The position numbers were made by a program, and so were the translations under genes. A DNA stretch of 32,641 nt, taken from positions 1 through 32,641 of the IMG/VR virus record IMGVR_UViG_3300044657_000862; one strand, given 5' to 3'. This DNA comes from a virus. Its lineage: Duplodnaviria; Caudoviricetes. The stretch's first letter is position 1, and the number at the start of each line of letters is the position of its first letter. Shown one piece after another: positions 31,505-32,641 of the stretch. The notes beneath the pieces were generated by a model that was given only the letters and a program-made list of their open reading frames with translations, did no database searches and had not been told where the DNA came from.

Positions 31505-31684
31505 TTTTTTCAATTGTTGAATTGCTAGCACGGCCATCCCTGGGATGGGCCATTCGCCTTTCTCCCAACGTCGAACTGTCCGTTCATTAGGGCCGGGATG
31601 ATTGCCAACCGAAAGCGCGTCGCATAGCGCGTTGACGCTCAGGCCCAGCGCGTGCCTATGGGCGCGGAATTCAAGGCCGGTCAT
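31487..31684 (-). CDS. XRE-family HTH protein (65 aa)
   Basis: MT..EFR..R..LGLS...L...L ... RTVRRWE.GE.PIP. The ATG at 31684 overlaps the upstream stop. Confidence 0.82.
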   Translation of the reverse strand: MTGLEFRAHRHALGLSVNALCDALSVGNHPGPNERTVRRWEKGEWPIPGMAVLAIQQLKKSKRKP

Positions 31685-31986
31685 GCTTCCACCTTTTTCA
31701 GGATGGCATTGATCCTGCGCGGATCGCCTGTGACACAAACCTGACGGCGCGGGTTGTCCCGGAAAAACTTGGCTGCGCGCTTTGCAGATGCCGCGCCACC
31801 GACATTGACGCCAAGCGTCTGGCCCCACTCACCGCGCGGCAGGATGTACCGCTTGAACCGGCGATAGCTGCCTTCCTCGAAGGCGTCGCTCGGAGCGACA
31901 AAACCGTTTTCCTTGATGATCTGCAAAGCGCGGATTTCAGATGCGCTGATATTGATGACCTTGCCGTTCAATGTGATCGTTTTCAT
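31681..31986 (-). CDS. Hypothetical basic protein (about 101 aa)
   Basis: AAGGA SD before ATG 31986, coupled to the HTH gene. Confidence 0.65.
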   Translation of the reverse strand: MKTITLNGKVINISASEIRALQIIKENGFVAPSDAFEEGSYRRFKRYILPRGEWGQTLGVNVGGAASAKRAAKFFRDNPRRQVCVTGDPRRINAILKKVEA

Positions 31987-32029
31987 GTCCATTTCCTTTG
32001 TTGGCGGGCAGAAGCCCCGGTTTATTAAT

Positions 32030-32125
32030 CTAGGCGTCGGCGTCGGCGAGCGTAGCGCGTTTCTTACTGATACCGTGCGCCGGGAATCCGTCAATGCGCT
32101 TGATTTTAAAATCTTCCGGCGTCAT
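32030..32125 (-). CDS. Small ORF, 31 aa (MTPEDFKIKRIDGFPAHGISKKRATLADADA)
   Basis: ATGA overlap with the upstream peptide gene. It could be a gene remnant. Confidence 0.4.
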   Translation of the reverse strand: MTPEDFKIKRIDGFPAHGISKKRATLADADA

Positions 32126-32208
32126 GTGATCACCCAGGCCATAAAGGCCACCCCGAATATCAAAAAATAGCAGGCTGTGATGGCGAGGTATTCAAGTGCG
32201 CGTTTCAT
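32122..32208 (-). CDS. Small single-TM peptide, 28 aa (MKRALEYLAITACYFLIFGVAFMAWVIT)
   Basis: ATGA overlaps at both ends, AGGGG SD, a basic N-terminus and a hydrophobic helix. Confidence 0.6.
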   Translation of the reverse strand: MKRALEYLAITACYFLIFGVAFMAWVIT

Positions 32209-32387
32209 TTCAAGTTTCCCCTGTTTAAGTTTGCCAGCCATTGCGCGGCGGTTTGCAATTCGTATTTCGCAAAGTTCAGGCGCTCGGCATTGCAGCGTTC
32301 AAAGATTTCGGCGACTGCTTGCCCGGTTGCGCGGTTGATGGCTATCCAGCTTCCGCAGTGGTGTTCGAGTTCTGGGATTGTGCGCAT
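32205..32387 (-). CDS. Hypothetical protein (60 aa)
   Basis: GGAGGGGAGG SD upstream. Part of a coupled chain of small genes. Confidence 0.7.
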   Translation of the reverse strand: MRTIPELEHHCGSWIAINRATGQAVAEIFERCNAERLNFAKYELQTAAQWLANLNRGNLK

Positions 32388-32428
32388 TATGCGTCCTCCC
32401 CTCCATTGTTGGCGGGCATGTTGCCCTG

Positions 32429-32635
32429 TTACGAAATTGCGTCCATGTCGTTGCCGACGACGCGGTTCCAGATTTTGTATTCCGCATCAGCAATTGCGTC
32501 GTCTTCCGAAAAACATGCAAACCAGAATTCGTAGCCATCAGCTTCGATGGTAAAGGCCCCGGTGTTCAGCTCGTTCACGAAAAACGGCTGATCCAGATAT
32601 TTGTGGGCGGTTGTTTTGGTGATGTAGGTCTGCAT
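32429..32635 (-). CDS. Hypothetical acidic protein (68 aa)
   Basis: ATG at 32635 near the window edge, same strand and spacing as the neighbouring small genes. Confidence 0.6.
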   Translation of the reverse strand: MQTYITKTTAHKYLDQPFFVNELNTGAFTIEADGYEFWFACFSEDDAIADAEYKIWNRVVGNDMDAIS

Positions 32636-32641
32636 TTTTTC

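Noticed and set aside
1-32641. Integrase, att site, tRNA, RNA polymerase, DNA polymerase or a cognate restriction endonuclease
   Set aside because: None was recognised in this window. The genome is incomplete at both ends, so lifestyle cannot be settled.

Overview
This window holds most of a tailed dsDNA phage genome, either a free phage or a prophage. No integrase, att site or bacterial housekeeping gene is visible. The virion module is podovirus-type (BPP-1/T7-like gene order) and the host is probably alphaproteobacterial, because the phage carries a GcrA homologue. The + strand from 1 to 21383 encodes a 5'-truncated large terminase, a GNAT acetyltransferase, portal, scaffold, major capsid, a decoration protein, tail adaptor and nozzle, three ejection proteins, a tail fibre with chaperone, a lysis cassette and a metallophosphoesterase. 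The - strand from 21424 to 23583 is a cluster of small early genes: GcrA, DUF6378-like, DUF6948-like and a Gly-X repeat protein, separated by strong RNA hairpins. The + strand from 23730 to 31504 encodes two Cro-like proteins, a resolvase, a PD-(D/E)XK exonuclease, a putative SSB, a primase-helicase followed by an iteron-like putative origin, a PAPS-reductase-like protein and a C5 methyltransferase. A second - strand cluster of small genes runs from 31487 to 32635. The strongest unusual signal is a fully nested +1-frame ORF inside the methyltransferase that carries the motif IX missing from the main frame, as in the two-chain M.EcoHK31I. Others are a DUF6948/(Gly-X)n gene pair followed by three tandem hairpins, a TGAC-N5-GTCA palindrome over two -35 boxes, a structured capsid mRNA leader, and scars of gene insertion and tail-module exchange. 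All family assignments come from motif recognition and synteny by eye; no searches were run.
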